Shown here in pieces: positions 1 through 8,478 of a stretch of 64,000 nt of DNA. The notes under the pieces are model-generated. The model searched no databases. It saw only the letters and a program-made list of their open reading frames with translations, and was not told the origin of the DNA. The position numbers were made by a program, and so were the translations under genes. The number at the start of each line of letters is the position of its first letter. The first letter of the stretch is position 1. The stretch is from Candidatus Bathyarchaeia archaeon (GTDB lineage Archaea > Thermoproteota > Bathyarchaeia > 40CM-2-53-6): NCBI GenBank assembly GCA_050013255.1, contig JBEKFP010000001.1:864001-928000 (forward strand). Reading direction: 5' to 3'.

Positions 1-2
1 TC

Positions 3-710
3 CCAGACTTTGCTACAGATTTCTCTGGTATGGGGGGAGCAGGCTACGCGTTTGTAACGCAGCAGATCAACGGACTTGAAGAGAGGATAATCCTCGATGA
101 AATCCCTGTGGCGGGGGAGGAGTTTCACCGATACGTGAAAAGGTCGAAAGAACAACGTCTGGAAGATGAAATTTCGGTCCTGCGACAAGCCCTTGACGCA
201 GGCAGTGGAGCAATTCTGGAGCTAGTTTATGCGACAATTGCTCAAGCAAGAGGGGATCTAGTTCGCTGGCGATACAAAAATCCGGCTATTCTCGGTGACC
301 GCGAAATTGACGTTCTAAGTATAGGAAACAATGCGACACCTGCTACTATCGAGATCGCTGAGTGCACCAGAACGGCATCGAAAGATGATGTATCTAGACT
401 CAAGGAAAAGTTAGAACTATGCCGTCATAATTCTGCTGAACTCCTAAGAAGCATAAACGGTGGAAACAGCGCAAAGGTAGTTGAGGTTCGAGGTAGGCTT
501 GTTTGCGCCGTACCAAGTAGATCCAAGTTTCGTGGCATCAGCACAATATCTCAAAAAGAACTCAGAGAAGCATGCACCAAGTATGGCTTGAACTGGTATG
601 AAATTCAGCGACTCCTCGGCTTACCATCAGAGCCAGCAAAGTACAGACGGCCCAGCCCGGACGATATGCTGAGAACTCTTATGCAAGAGGATTTCGACAA
701 AGTCAAATGA
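3..710 (+). CDS. Partial (5'-truncated by window) protein with PD-(D/E)xK restriction-endonuclease-like domain
   Basis: Frame is open from position 3 (PDFATDFSG-MGG...). REIDVLS...IEIAECT resembles the D...E-x-K nuclease motif, with Thr at the Lys position. Confidence 0.5.
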   Translation, partial: PDFATDFSGMGGAGYAFVTQQINGLEERIILDEIPVAGEEFHRYVKRSKEQRLEDEISVLRQALDAGSGAILELVYATIAQARGDLVRWRYKNPAILGDREIDVLSIGNNATPATIEIAECTRTASKDDVSRLKEKLELCRHNSAELLRSINGGNSAKVVEVRGRLVCAVPSRSKFRGISTISQKELREACTKYGLNWYEIQRLLGLPSEPAKYRRPSPDDMLRTLMQEDFDKVK

Positions 711-756
711 GTCCTAGTCTATTGATTGTTACTTGACGCCGTGGTAACAAGTAGAC

Positions 757-1602
757 TCATAGGGATTCAAAAGTCGAACGAATGCTCTCAGTGAATTTCA
801 GAAGCTTACGAGAAAAATCCAAAGCAATACTCAAGGACCAAGCTTTGACCGCATCTCTTTGAAATGTGGATGGTCTCTCCTCTCCGCTAAGGAGAGATGA
901 CATTCGGGGAGCCACCGCGACGTAAAACAGCGATGGATGAACGAATAAAGAAAGGATACCATAATCGAAATCGTAATATTCTCCCATTCCAAATTGTGTA
1001 GCAAGATCTCTGAAGTTAAGATCTGGCCGTGTAATAGTCGGAGTCGGACCGAACATCGTCGCCCATATCGTCTTCCTATGCTCCAACCTAACCAACTCCG
1101 ATTGCATAAATTTTACCAAGTTGCTATTTCCTTGAATTGTCACTTCATCTAGAACCTTCTCGTTGAATCTGATGACAGAAGCCTCCGATCTGCCGACAAA
1201 TTCACGAAACTTCTCCGGACTAGAAAAGGCATCTCTCGTGGCGAGGAATAACTCGAATGTGCACCTTGCCAGAGTTGCTAAAATAACGGGTTCTCCTGAG
1301 TCGTAATGGTCGATTATGCCAGTCAAGAATTCTCTATTCACAAAGAGTATCTTGATCAGAACGGCCACTTGATTATATCTAAACACTTTGGACCGAATTT
1401 CTGCGACTTGTTCTGAGCGCCATTTAGCGAAGATGCCTTCCAGTTCTTCCTGTGTCTTTCCCACAATTTGTTTTGGTTCCCATTTAGCGAGGAATTTTTC
1501 AAGTTCTTTTTGTATTTGAGATATCTGTCGCTCAGTCTCCATCAGGTCTTCTTTCGTGACGAAAGCCTGCCAAAGTGGTGGCTCTTTCGCGTCCGATTTC
1601 AT
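757..1602 (-). CDS. DUF5677-family protein (helical, HEPN-like)
   Basis: LARCTFE and YDFDYGILSLFVHP match the R..E / Y..LS..VH pattern of DUF5677. ATG at 1602 (MKSDAKE) is preferred over 1686. Confidence 0.6.
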   Translation of the reverse strand: MKSDAKEPPLWQAFVTKEDLMETERQISQIQKELEKFLAKWEPKQIVGKTQEELEGIFAKWRSEQVAEIRSKVFRYNQVAVLIKILFVNREFLTGIIDHYDSGEPVILATLARCTFELFLATRDAFSSPEKFREFVGRSEASVIRFNEKVLDEVTIQGNSNLVKFMQSELVRLEHRKTIWATMFGPTPTITRPDLNFRDLATQFGMGEYYDFDYGILSLFVHPSLFYVAVAPRMSSLLSGEERPSTFQRDAVKAWSLSIALDFSRKLLKFTESIRSTFESL

Positions 1603-1814
1603 CTTTCGTCGCTTATCGGCTAATATGCAAGGAAAAGAAAAACGAATCGACATGGCTCTGGCCGTGTACATCCTGAATAGGTGCACGGCATATGTCAGCG
1701 CGCGAAATCGTCAGCAATCAGAACACACGAGAGTCCTCTGTTCTAGCAGATTCATAGTTTTCGTGCGTGGGTCTAATGATGCGCACGCACACATAACTAA
1801 TGAGGCCCGCAGGA

Positions 1815-2384
1815 CTAATCTGCCAAGTCTCTGGCGAGACTGGCCATTTCGGCGCATGTAACTCTTGATTCGCGCACGACAACCGTAGCGTAGTCTAGTG
1901 CTCCATTCCTCGTTTTCCAGTCGTTGCAACCGAAGAGTATTGCTCTGTCGCAGAGTCTACGACTATTCAGCGTCGTCTCCAACAGCGAAAAGTACGGCAG
2001 GTCAAATTTGTCGAGTTTCCATCGTTTCAACCGATTTGGCACAATGAACGAATGCTCTCCAGAGAGAATTGTTGGAATGGCAAAAAATCGTCCTCTCTGA
2101 GATTCAATTGGTATCTTGGTTCCATGATACCTCGTGAAAAAGAAGCGAACGGCGGTACCAAGATTCGGCTTCTTTGCTCTCACTAAGCCAGTCGAATAGT
2201 CGTTTAGAATTCGGTTCGAAACCGCAAGTGTAATCGTCTTTCCAGACACGTCGCAATTCGCGGTCTCGATGGCGCTTCTTAGCCACTCCTGCAATGTCGT
2301 TACGACGTCAGTGGCGCTGTTCGCAAGAAGTCTAATCAGGATATTGGCATCCAATACGAGGATGACGTTTCGGTGGCAAATCAA
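1815..2384 (-). CDS. PIN-domain ribonuclease (putative toxin/effector)
   Basis: N-terminal VILVLDANIL strand plus further acidic residues in ILNDY, KFDLPY and CND. TTG start 10 nt after the ATPase stop. Confidence 0.65.
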   Translation of the reverse strand: MICHRNVILVLDANILIRLLANSATDVVTTLQEWLRSAIETANCDVSGKTITLAVSNRILNDYSTGLVRAKKPNLGTAVRFFFTRYHGTKIPIESQRGRFFAIPTILSGEHSFIVPNRLKRWKLDKFDLPYFSLLETTLNSRRLCDRAILFGCNDWKTRNGALDYATVVVRESRVTCAEMASLARDLAD

Positions 2385-2394
2385 CTGAGCTTAC

Positions 2395-3591
2395 CTAGGC
2401 GCTAAAATCTGAGATTAGAGATCGAATAGCCTGGTCAAATGCCGGTTGCTCGGCTTCCCCTGCCTTAGACACGTCAATGTGGCGGATCTTCGTGAAACGT
2501 CCCGTTCTGTCAAAGTAATGAAGTCCCAAGTTTGAGTTCTTCAAGCCACCCTTGGCGACGAGACCTAAAGTCTTCTTGACTATGTAATCACTGTGAGTAG
2601 TTAGCACCAGTGTAAGTTTCCGTCTGATGGCCTCTCGACATAAGAGCGTTAGAACGAGAATTTGTCTGTAAGGCTCAAGGTGTGCTTCAGGTTCTTCAAT
2701 AACCAGCATTCCGCCCTTGTTCACTTCTCTCAGACCTATTGCAATCGGAAGCGATGCAACCACCCCGGAACCAGCTGCTTCAATCTCGGTCGTATACCCG
2801 GATTTGTCGACGAAAATCACCGTGGGAAACTCTCTTCTCTTCTCAAGCTGTATTTGTCCCTCATGAAAAGATCGAAAGGTATCGGCAATATTCTCAGTAT
2901 CGCCGCTCGACAGAAACCTAAGGTAGAGATCGTAGAAATCTTCAAGGTACAGGGGTAACCTGCCCACTGACCCAAGCAATTCCCTAAGTGCAGCAGTTCC
3001 TTCCCTCCTGAGAAGTTGAGAATTTTCTTTGTACTCTTGTATGCCTCCGAATGTTCTGACGAATCTCGAAAACATTTGATTTCTGTAACTCAGAATGTTG
3101 GTGAAGAACTGAATTGTGCCCAATCTTGCGGCTGGGATGTAGACGGCATCTCTTCCAGATATAAGACCGGGTCTGTCACGCCTCTTCCTTTCAAGCGCCT
3201 GAAGCCCTCGGTTTGTGATAATGGGAGTGGGGAACGGTCCCTTACTTCTGCTCAGCCTTATGGTGGCATTGCCCAAGTCGGTCCTGATTCTTGCCCTACA
3301 CTCCAAATTACCTTTAGTAACAATTCCTCCTACTGGTTCGTTTACCATACGCATGATTGTGCCTTCGTGCGAATATCTGCGGGGCCGTAACATCAATGTA
3401 CGAGTGTACTCATGGAAACTGCGTTCGCGTCCGCGCATGAGGGCAGATGATCGAAGGAACCCGTACAACAGACGGCCCGTCATCGACTTCCCGGAATTGT
3501 TGGGGCCAAAGAATATGTTGATCGGCGCAAGGCTGAGATCACCTTCTTTGATAGGTCCAAAATTGGAGAGATTGATCTTCTCTATCCGCAC
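2395..3591 (-). CDS. ABC-type/AAA_15-AAA_21 ATPase (AriA/PtuA/OLD-like)
   Basis: MRIEKINLSNFGPI start, Walker A GPNNSGKS, signature AGSG, Walker B/D-loop LVIEEPEAHLEP, H-loop LTTHSDY. Confidence 0.88.
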   Translation of the reverse strand: MRIEKINLSNFGPIKEGDLSLAPINIFFGPNNSGKSMTGRLLYGFLRSSALMRGRERSFHEYTRTLMLRPRRYSHEGTIMRMVNEPVGGIVTKGNLECRARIRTDLGNATIRLSRSKGPFPTPIITNRGLQALERKRRDRPGLISGRDAVYIPAARLGTIQFFTNILSYRNQMFSRFVRTFGGIQEYKENSQLLRREGTAALRELLGSVGRLPLYLEDFYDLYLRFLSSGDTENIADTFRSFHEGQIQLEKRREFPTVIFVDKSGYTTEIEAAGSGVVASLPIAIGLREVNKGGMLVIEEPEAHLEPYRQILVLTLLCREAIRRKLTLVLTTHSDYIVKKTLGLVAKGGLKNSNLGLHYFDRTGRFTKIRHIDVSKAGEAEQPAFDQAIRSLISDFSA

Positions 3592-4353
3592 CCTCTCACC
3601 CCGAATCTCCTCACTTTCTGAGGCGTCGGTCTCTCTTGTTTCTTCCGCTTCCCGAGAAGTGTAGAGGTCCCCGTTATCGCTTGGTTATTTCGCATGGTTC
3701 CGATGACAAGCCCTCCTCTATTGTTCGGGTACTCGTCCCAGATCCGACCATCTAAGGAGCGGCCTCCTGATTTTGGTTTGAACCCGCCATATTGCTTGAA
3801 AAAGAAAGCTACATTCTGACTGAGACATTCGTCTCGTATTTCGCGAATCCATTCCATTTTGATGGGCCTGTAGTTCGGCCCTGATTCACCGCCCACAATC
3901 GCCCATGATATGCCTGACAAGTCAAGTGGTGGTCGTGTGCTTTCGATTAGTGGTTCAAAGCTAACGAACCTAGTTCTGGCGGGGACTTCCCTCAGTATGT
4001 CTATTCGGGGTTTGAATGGCCAGCTTTCCACGGAAGTTCCCATCCAAATATGGTCTGGGACTCGACCATAACTCTTCGAGAAATCTAGCATTCGATCTGG
4101 CCGTTTTGTCAATATTTGGTAGGTATGCCAGTGGGCTCGTTCCATTACAGCGAAACACTTACGGAGATATTGGTCAGGCATGTCTTCATGAAATAAATCC
4201 GACATCGAGTCCACAAAGATCCTTCTGGGCTCGCGCCAGTGCAACGGGAGTTCGAGGTCCTTCTCATGAAACGTGAACTTGAATCCGTTTCGATACTTAG
4301 TCATCCCTCGATTCCGTAAGCTGAGCGCTAGCCTCTCTGCGTAGCAGTTCTTG
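3582..4353 (-). pseudogene. DUF5131 (phage Gp37/Gp68) family radical-SAM-like protein, N-terminally truncated
   Basis: KNCYAERL, IFVDSMSDLFH, YQILTKRP, RFVSFEPL, WAIVGGESG, FFFKQYGG are family motifs. The usual WNPxxGCxxxSxGC N-terminus is absent and replaced by unrelated sequence upstream of ~4353. Confidence 0.75.
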
Positions 4354-4563
4354 CGGCGACTAGGCGGATATCGAGTGGAGAGACTGCTAGGGGGAGTACT
4401 TACGGTGAGCCTACTCGGCGGAGTAGCAGCACTCTCGATAGGTGAAGTCTTCAACTCGGCAACCCTTCTTATGCTATCGTCAGCTGAGGTTGTTCTCTCG
4501 ACTCTCTTCCTATCCGCAACCAAGACTTCAGAAATAATCACTAAGATACTCCAGCGGCACTGA
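4351..4563 (+). pseudogene. Probable 3' remnant of a membrane-protein gene
   Basis: Two hydrophobic helices (LLGGVLTVSLLGGVAALSIG; ATLLMLSSAEVVLSTLFLSA) and a basic tail. Begins where DUF5131 homology stops on the other strand. Confidence 0.35.
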
Positions 4564-4845
4564 GTGCTAGAATGCAGAAAGCTTCGTTCATCTCGGCCCA
4601 TAGTGTGTTCTTGGCGTTGGAATTTTCATCTCCGTCAAGAAAGTGTGTGTGCGTATAGTGGTGCGGGCGTCGAGATTTGAACTGTTATAATGGCACGCCT
4701 TCGATCGTTGTATGAGCTTTGCCAAATCAATCGTTTTCTCCGCTGGCGGTTCAATTACCTCCGGACCCGCCACTTTAGACTCAAATCTCATTCTGTTGGA
4801 GAATTATCCTCGTCAAATCCGTCTGGGCAGCGGTTCGGCGCCGCA

Positions 4846-6000
4846 TCATTTTAGTGCTTCTTTTTTCGCGTAGAAATCTCTCAGCGGTGATAATGCGTCG
4901 AACAGGTAAGTGTCGAGGTAGGGTTTCCCTCGTGCAATGTAATGTGCCATGTTTCTGGCGATGGCGGGTCCCATCATGAAACCTTGGCCGCAGAGCCCGG
5001 CTGCAAGGTAGAACCCGCTTACGTTCGGGGCTTCTCCGATTATTGGCAGCCCGTCCGGCGTCATGGGGTAGAGTCCTCGCCACAGCCTGCGGATGACCAA
5101 ATGCTTGAGCCTAGGAATCAAGTCAACCAGCCTTCTCGCAATAATGGGAAGAAACTCGGATGTGCATCGCCGATCCTCGCCTAGAATTATGGGAGATGGA
5201 GTGTAACAGAAGATAATTGACCCGTCATGCGTCTGCCCGAAATAGAAGTTGGCAGTTTTCCCTTCGGGTCCAGGTCTTATATCGACCACCAGCGGGTCTA
5301 GAAATCGATCCACTGGCATGGATATTCCGGCCTCATGCGAATCAGGAGAGACAGGAAGGCGCACGTTGACGGTCGCAGCGATTTGACTCGCCCAGGCTCC
5401 AGCTGCATTCAGCACGTAATCCGCTGAAATAATCTCCTTATCCGTCTTCACACCGGCCACTCGGCCGCTCTTCACGAGTACTTGTTCTGCGCTTTCCTCT
5501 AGCCGGAATTCTACTCCCAGCTTCTTGCATTCCTTGGTCAGCGAGGACGCGAATAGCAACGGTGACACTTGGCCGTCTTCAATTGAGAGTGTTCCACCTC
5601 TGAGCCCCTCAACATTTATTCCCGGAACGATTTTTTCAATGCCGTCGCGGTCAAGCCAATCAATTTTCAAACCGTACTTGTGTTGGATGGGAAACATGTC
5701 TTTCAGGAGTTTCTCGTCTTGTTCGCGGTAGGTTGGAAAGCAGTATCCGCCCATCTTCCAACCAATCTCGGTCCCCGTCTTCTCCTTCCATGTAGAGAAT
5801 ACTCGTAGGCTGTCTTGGCAGAGGGCTATCTTGGCTGGTTCTGAGTGTGTGGCCCTAACTCCGCCGATCGCTGCCTTGAAACTTCCTTGCGCCGGTGCCG
5901 GTTCCCTGTCGACCACTGTAACCTGCATGCCTTCTTGGGCGAGGTAGTAGGCGGACGGGAGCCCTACTGCTCCTGCTCCGATCACTACTATGTCCGTCAT
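4846..6000 (-). CDS. FAD-dependent oxidoreductase, DAO family (sarcosine oxidase/proline dehydrogenase beta-like)
   Basis: MTDIVVIGAGAVG Rossmann start at 6000 with ATGA overlap to the upstream stop; WRGLYPMTPDGLPIIG and GLCGQGFMMGP. Confidence 0.88.
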   Translation of the reverse strand: MTDIVVIGAGAVGLPSAYYLAQEGMQVTVVDREPAPAQGSFKAAIGGVRATHSEPAKIALCQDSLRVFSTWKEKTGTEIGWKMGGYCFPTYREQDEKLLKDMFPIQHKYGLKIDWLDRDGIEKIVPGINVEGLRGGTLSIEDGQVSPLLFASSLTKECKKLGVEFRLEESAEQVLVKSGRVAGVKTDKEIISADYVLNAAGAWASQIAATVNVRLPVSPDSHEAGISMPVDRFLDPLVVDIRPGPEGKTANFYFGQTHDGSIIFCYTPSPIILGEDRRCTSEFLPIIARRLVDLIPRLKHLVIRRLWRGLYPMTPDGLPIIGEAPNVSGFYLAAGLCGQGFMMGPAIARNMAHYIARGKPYLDTYLFDALSPLRDFYAKKEALK

Positions 6001-8084
6001 TTTCGGTCCTCCCGGAATAATGCTGTTAGTGGGACTTCCATGGTGAACGGTCGCTTCACGTACCCAGTCACAGAATCTAGCGGGATGCCTTGTTCCTGGA
6101 AGACTTGCTTGACGAGGCTCTCGCAGGTCTTGCCGTTGCACGCGCCCATGCCACATCGGGTGGCGGCCTTGATGGCGTTCAGGTCCCTGACGCCCATCTG
6201 TACTAGTTCAGCGATTTGCTTCTTGCTTACTCGTTCGCAAAGGCACACCATCACCTCATCATTCTCCACACCGTATTCAAATGCGGCAGGTGATCCCTGC
6301 TCCGGAGTTTGGACTCTAATGCCCGCAACTTTTGTTGCAAGCTTCGAATCCACCTCTACCTGTACCATCTTCCGTTTGTCCATCCATTTGAGAGATCGAA
6401 TATGAAGCACCGTTCCAGCGCCGACGTCTTCACCCTCGAACCCGGTGAGCGCGACTTCCTTACCTATTCTCACGGTGTTCTCGTCAAGCTCCCATGGGAG
6501 CCACACCTGCACCTTTTTCCCTGTTGAATCAAACCTTCTATCCACGACGGCAATCGCTAAACCCGGGCAAACGACCGCGCATTTCAGGCAGCCAACACAT
6601 TCCTTGTCCCAGCGTGGAAGCGACATGATGCTTTCGCCTTCCAATGTAACCCAACCCTTCGGGCAGGCTTCGACGCAGGGGTTGCAAGGAATCTCCTGCA
6701 CGCACCGAATTACCGGGAAAACCTTTGCCGTTGAATAGTCAGGTTCTTTGAATTCATGAATTGGGCCAGGCTTACCACGTAGGATCTCAAGCATACCCAA
6801 CCATTCTGCTGGGATGGCGACGTCCCGGCCCATGTCTTGGAGCATTCTTCTCGCAATCACTTTTCCAGAGAACATGGCCGCCGAGGCTTCAGCGATCAGC
6901 TCAGCGTCGCCAGCCTCATATGTTGGAATCCCCATCCGTCGAGCTTCTTGCGCTAGTTCGTTGACAGGGTTTAAGCCAACCGCGATTAGCACGGTATCAA
7001 CTTGGTAGCTTCGCTCGGTTCCATGGATCGGTTTGAATCTCTCATCAATCTGTGCTACCACAACTCCTTCGACGTGGCCGTTTCCGTACGCTTTGACTAC
7101 AGTGTGCGAGGTGAAGACGGGGACTCCGAGCCTCTTGATCTTGTCTAAATGTACCTTGTATCCGCCAACTTTCGGGAGAGCTTCTACTAAGCCAATAACT
7201 TGAATGCCTGCTTGCATCGCGTGGTAAGCTGCTATCAGGCCGACGTTGCCGCCGCCAACGATGAATACTCGGCTTGAAGGTTTCACTAAGTCCCTGTTCA
7301 CCAATGTCTGGAAGGCGCCGGCGCCGAATACTCCTGGTAGGTCGTGGCCTGGAAAAGCTAGAACTTTTTCTCTCGCTCCGGTTGCAACTAGAAATTGCTT
7401 TGGTTTAATGAGGCAGTACTTTCCGTTTCGAACTACAGCGATTTTACCGTCGGAGAAAACTCCGACTACTGGAGAGTCAGTCCAGATTTGCACGTTCTTG
7501 AGTTCCGCTAATTCCTGTGCAAACTGTTTGGCTATGTTGATGCCTCTTGTTCCGGCACGGCATTCACGTACAGACCCGAAGAAGTTGTGAGTTTGGAGGG
7601 TGAGTTTTCCGCCTATCTCATGTTTGTCGTCACATACGATTACGTTCACCTTGCTCTCGGCAAGCTCGAGGGCTGCGTTAAGTCCAGCGGGGCCTGCTCC
7701 CGCAATCAGAACATCCACCGATACTTCTGGAACTTCGATAGGTCCAGCTGGCATATCGTCCTCTAGTAGTTTGGGTAATCCGTTGACTGTGCGAATGTTC
7801 ATTCCTTCGTGGACAGGAGTGATGCACGCTTTCACGGGGATGCCGTCTGCTATGACTAGGCAGTGTGAACATTGGCCATTGGCGCAGAAAAGTCCCTGCG
7901 GTGCCCCATCCTTGTGATGATGGCCAAAACAATCTATCCCACGGGCAATCAGCGCTGAAGAGATCATTTCCCCGTCCGCGGCTGGAATTGACTCCCCTTG
8001 CCAGCTGAAACAGATCTCTCGCTTCTGTGTCACATCCAATATAGGGTGTGAATAGATCCTCCGGGCAGGGGGATGAGAGGTCAT
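5997..8084 (-). CDS. Multidomain [2Fe-2S]/FAD-NAD(P) oxidoreductase/[4Fe-4S]/BFD-like protein (sarcosine oxidase/proline dehydrogenase alpha-like fusion)
   Basis: FCANGQCSHC...KAC; GAGPAG; ATGA; GGGNVG; CVQEIPCNPCVEACP and CVGCLKCAVVCP; C-terminal CLCE...CGMGACNGKTC. Confidence 0.88.
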   Translation of the reverse strand: MTSHPPARRIYSHPILDVTQKREICFSWQGESIPAADGEMISSALIARGIDCFGHHHKDGAPQGLFCANGQCSHCLVIADGIPVKACITPVHEGMNIRTVNGLPKLLEDDMPAGPIEVPEVSVDVLIAGAGPAGLNAALELAESKVNVIVCDDKHEIGGKLTLQTHNFFGSVRECRAGTRGINIAKQFAQELAELKNVQIWTDSPVVGVFSDGKIAVVRNGKYCLIKPKQFLVATGAREKVLAFPGHDLPGVFGAGAFQTLVNRDLVKPSSRVFIVGGGNVGLIAAYHAMQAGIQVIGLVEALPKVGGYKVHLDKIKRLGVPVFTSHTVVKAYGNGHVEGVVVAQIDERFKPIHGTERSYQVDTVLIAVGLNPVNELAQEARRMGIPTYEAGDAELIAEASAAMFSGKVIARRMLQDMGRDVAIPAEWLGMLEILRGKPGPIHEFKEPDYSTAKVFPVIRCVQEIPCNPCVEACPKGWVTLEGESIMSLPRWDKECVGCLKCAVVCPGLAIAVVDRRFDSTGKKVQVWLPWELDENTVRIGKEVALTGFEGEDVGAGTVLHIRSLKWMDKRKMVQVEVDSKLATKVAGIRVQTPEQGSPAAFEYGVENDEVMVCLCERVSKKQIAELVQMGVRDLNAIKAATRCGMGACNGKTCESLVKQVFQEQGIPLDSVTGYVKRPFTMEVPLTALFREDRK

Positions 8085-8115
8085 TTGCCTATCCCGATAT
8101 CGCCAGATGAAACTC

Positions 8116-8337
8116 CTACGAGACGGACCAGTCAGCGATCTGTGTTTTGTCTTCCTTGATTTGGAATTTCACTTCGAACCTTCTTTCGCGGCCTTCAGCG
8201 TCTTGAAATGTTTCATGGACTGTAATCTGATTTTGTGAACTCGGGCTACGTTCGGCAGAAAGGGTGGTTATGTTTCCGTTCTGAAGCCGGCTCCTCAGGA
8301 GCTCTACGGCCCTCGTTTCCAGGGCGTCCAGTTCCAA
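8116..8337 (-). CDS. Small hypothetical protein
   Basis: 73 aa, TTG start, co-oriented 32 nt upstream of the dehydrogenase pair, plausible alpha/beta composition. Confidence 0.55.
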   Translation of the reverse strand: MELDALETRAVELLRSRLQNGNITTLSAERSPSSQNQITVHETFQDAEGRERRFEVKFQIKEDKTQIADWSVS

Positions 8338-8478
8338 TCAAAGGCACCATGGGAAATGCCTACGATTCTGCTAAGTAAATGTCTGGAACCTATTCTATAG
8401 AGAATTACGCAGAAGATTCCAGGGAAAAAAAGCGGGTGTTGGACCCGCGTTTATTGGAAGGCTATTCGGGAATGAAGC

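Noticed and set aside
4356-4440. 27-nt periodic repeat as a mini-CRISPR
   Set aside because: Core is only 9 nt and degenerate, the period is too short for repeat plus spacer, and there are no cas genes.
4354-4601. Long N-terminus (MGRDERS...) of the DUF5131 ORF as genuine coding sequence or an intron-split exon
   Set aside because: No family similarity, and no WNPxxGC exon found upstream; better explained as an antisense read of the + strand remnant.
1-4800. Provirus or IS element explaining the island
   Set aside because: No integrase, transposase, structural gene, att-tRNA or terminal inverted repeats visible; the phage Gp37/Gp68 label of DUF5131 alone is insufficient.
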